A DNA stretch of 64,000 nt, taken from NCBI GenBank assembly GCA_973895155.1, contig OZ316893.1, positions 17,142,645-17,206,644 on the forward strand. The letters run 5' to 3'. Shown piece after piece: positions 63,282 to 64,000 of the stretch. The position numbers and the translations under genes are program-made. Each line of letters starts with the position of its first letter. Positions within the stretch are counted from its first letter, which is position 1. The notes under the pieces are model-generated. The model searched no databases. It worked only from the letters and a program-made list of their open reading frames with translations, and had not been told where the DNA came from. This DNA is from Marsupella aquatica (Eukaryota > Plantae > Marchantiophyta).

Positions 63282-64000
63282 ATATTTTGCAATTAGTGGT
63301 CAACACTCAACTATGGCCACTAGGAAAATCATTCAGAGTTCCCAAACGCAACCATCTATGGTTGAGACTGCCAACCTCCTCAAATTCTGACTTGCAAGAA
63401 TTGTCAAGGGGTCAACACCTATTAAGGTGTTGGTTGAGATTTCACATGCAAACAACTTGCAGGCTGAAGCGCATTGTTTCTCATCACCATTCATCAACCA
63501 AGTCAGGCATACAAGAATGCAATATTCAAAAATGGATCAAACAGTTTGGCCAGTTCCATCAGGGAACTTGGCACAATCAGAGTTGTTGAATTTTCTTAAG
63601 ACTGTAGTGAATGTCCTTGCCAACGACTTGGTGACTGTCGTGATTATTGTGCACCCAAGTCTCTTGCTGACCAGAATTATTGAAGCTGTCACTGATCTAC
63701 CTTCGAGTTATAATGCTCATCTGGAGTATGGAAGCTATTGGAAGAGTGCAAAAGAAGTCCGCTCATCGCATTTCATGTCGGGTATTATTGAGTCTATTGT
63801 TTTGCTTGGAGTCTCCTAGGAACAAGAACCGGATTGGGAAAAACATTTCAAAGGGTTTCAAGGTCATTTCTTGGCTAAATCTGTGGATCAGCTTGAGCTT
63901 GCAAGACTAGCCAATGAAGATTACTTTGGCCTTTCCAAGCAAGAGGTTGCAGCAAAGCAAAAATCTGCTCTTGGAAATCACTTGCAAAGACTCATTCCTT

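Overview
Land-plant nuclear DNA, probably a non-seed plant such as a liverwort, lycophyte or fern (inferred from transposon lineages, not proven). The first ~11 kb holds two intact, convergent, intron-containing host genes: a PPR-SMR protein (+, 945-4178, last intron GC-AG) and a wall-associated receptor kinase (-, 10572-5289). From ~13 kb onward the window is a deeply nested transposon stack, several parts of which can be resolved by exact target-site duplications (TSDs). It contains a Mutator-like remnant, a Copia element, a non-chromoviral Gypsy element (A), a young non-coding Copia element (G) inside a solo LTR (F), and a fungal-type Gypsy element (E, 4-bp TSD) that carries a 2.2-kb solo LTR (H) and two CACTA insertions. 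There are two main highlights. (1) A ~4.7-kb TSD-bounded solo LTR (B, 25517-34850) itself carries ~3.4 kb of protein-coding sequence (Athila-ORF1-like domain plus coiled coil); two pieces of a related family (C) appear to share this gene-inside-the-LTR design. (2) A complete 12.4-kb CACTA carries an EDM2-like composite PHD histone-reader cargo and a DNA-polymerase-lambda-like BRCT module that could be spliced in frame onto the transposase. All homology calls were made by eye from recalled motifs and need database confirmation.
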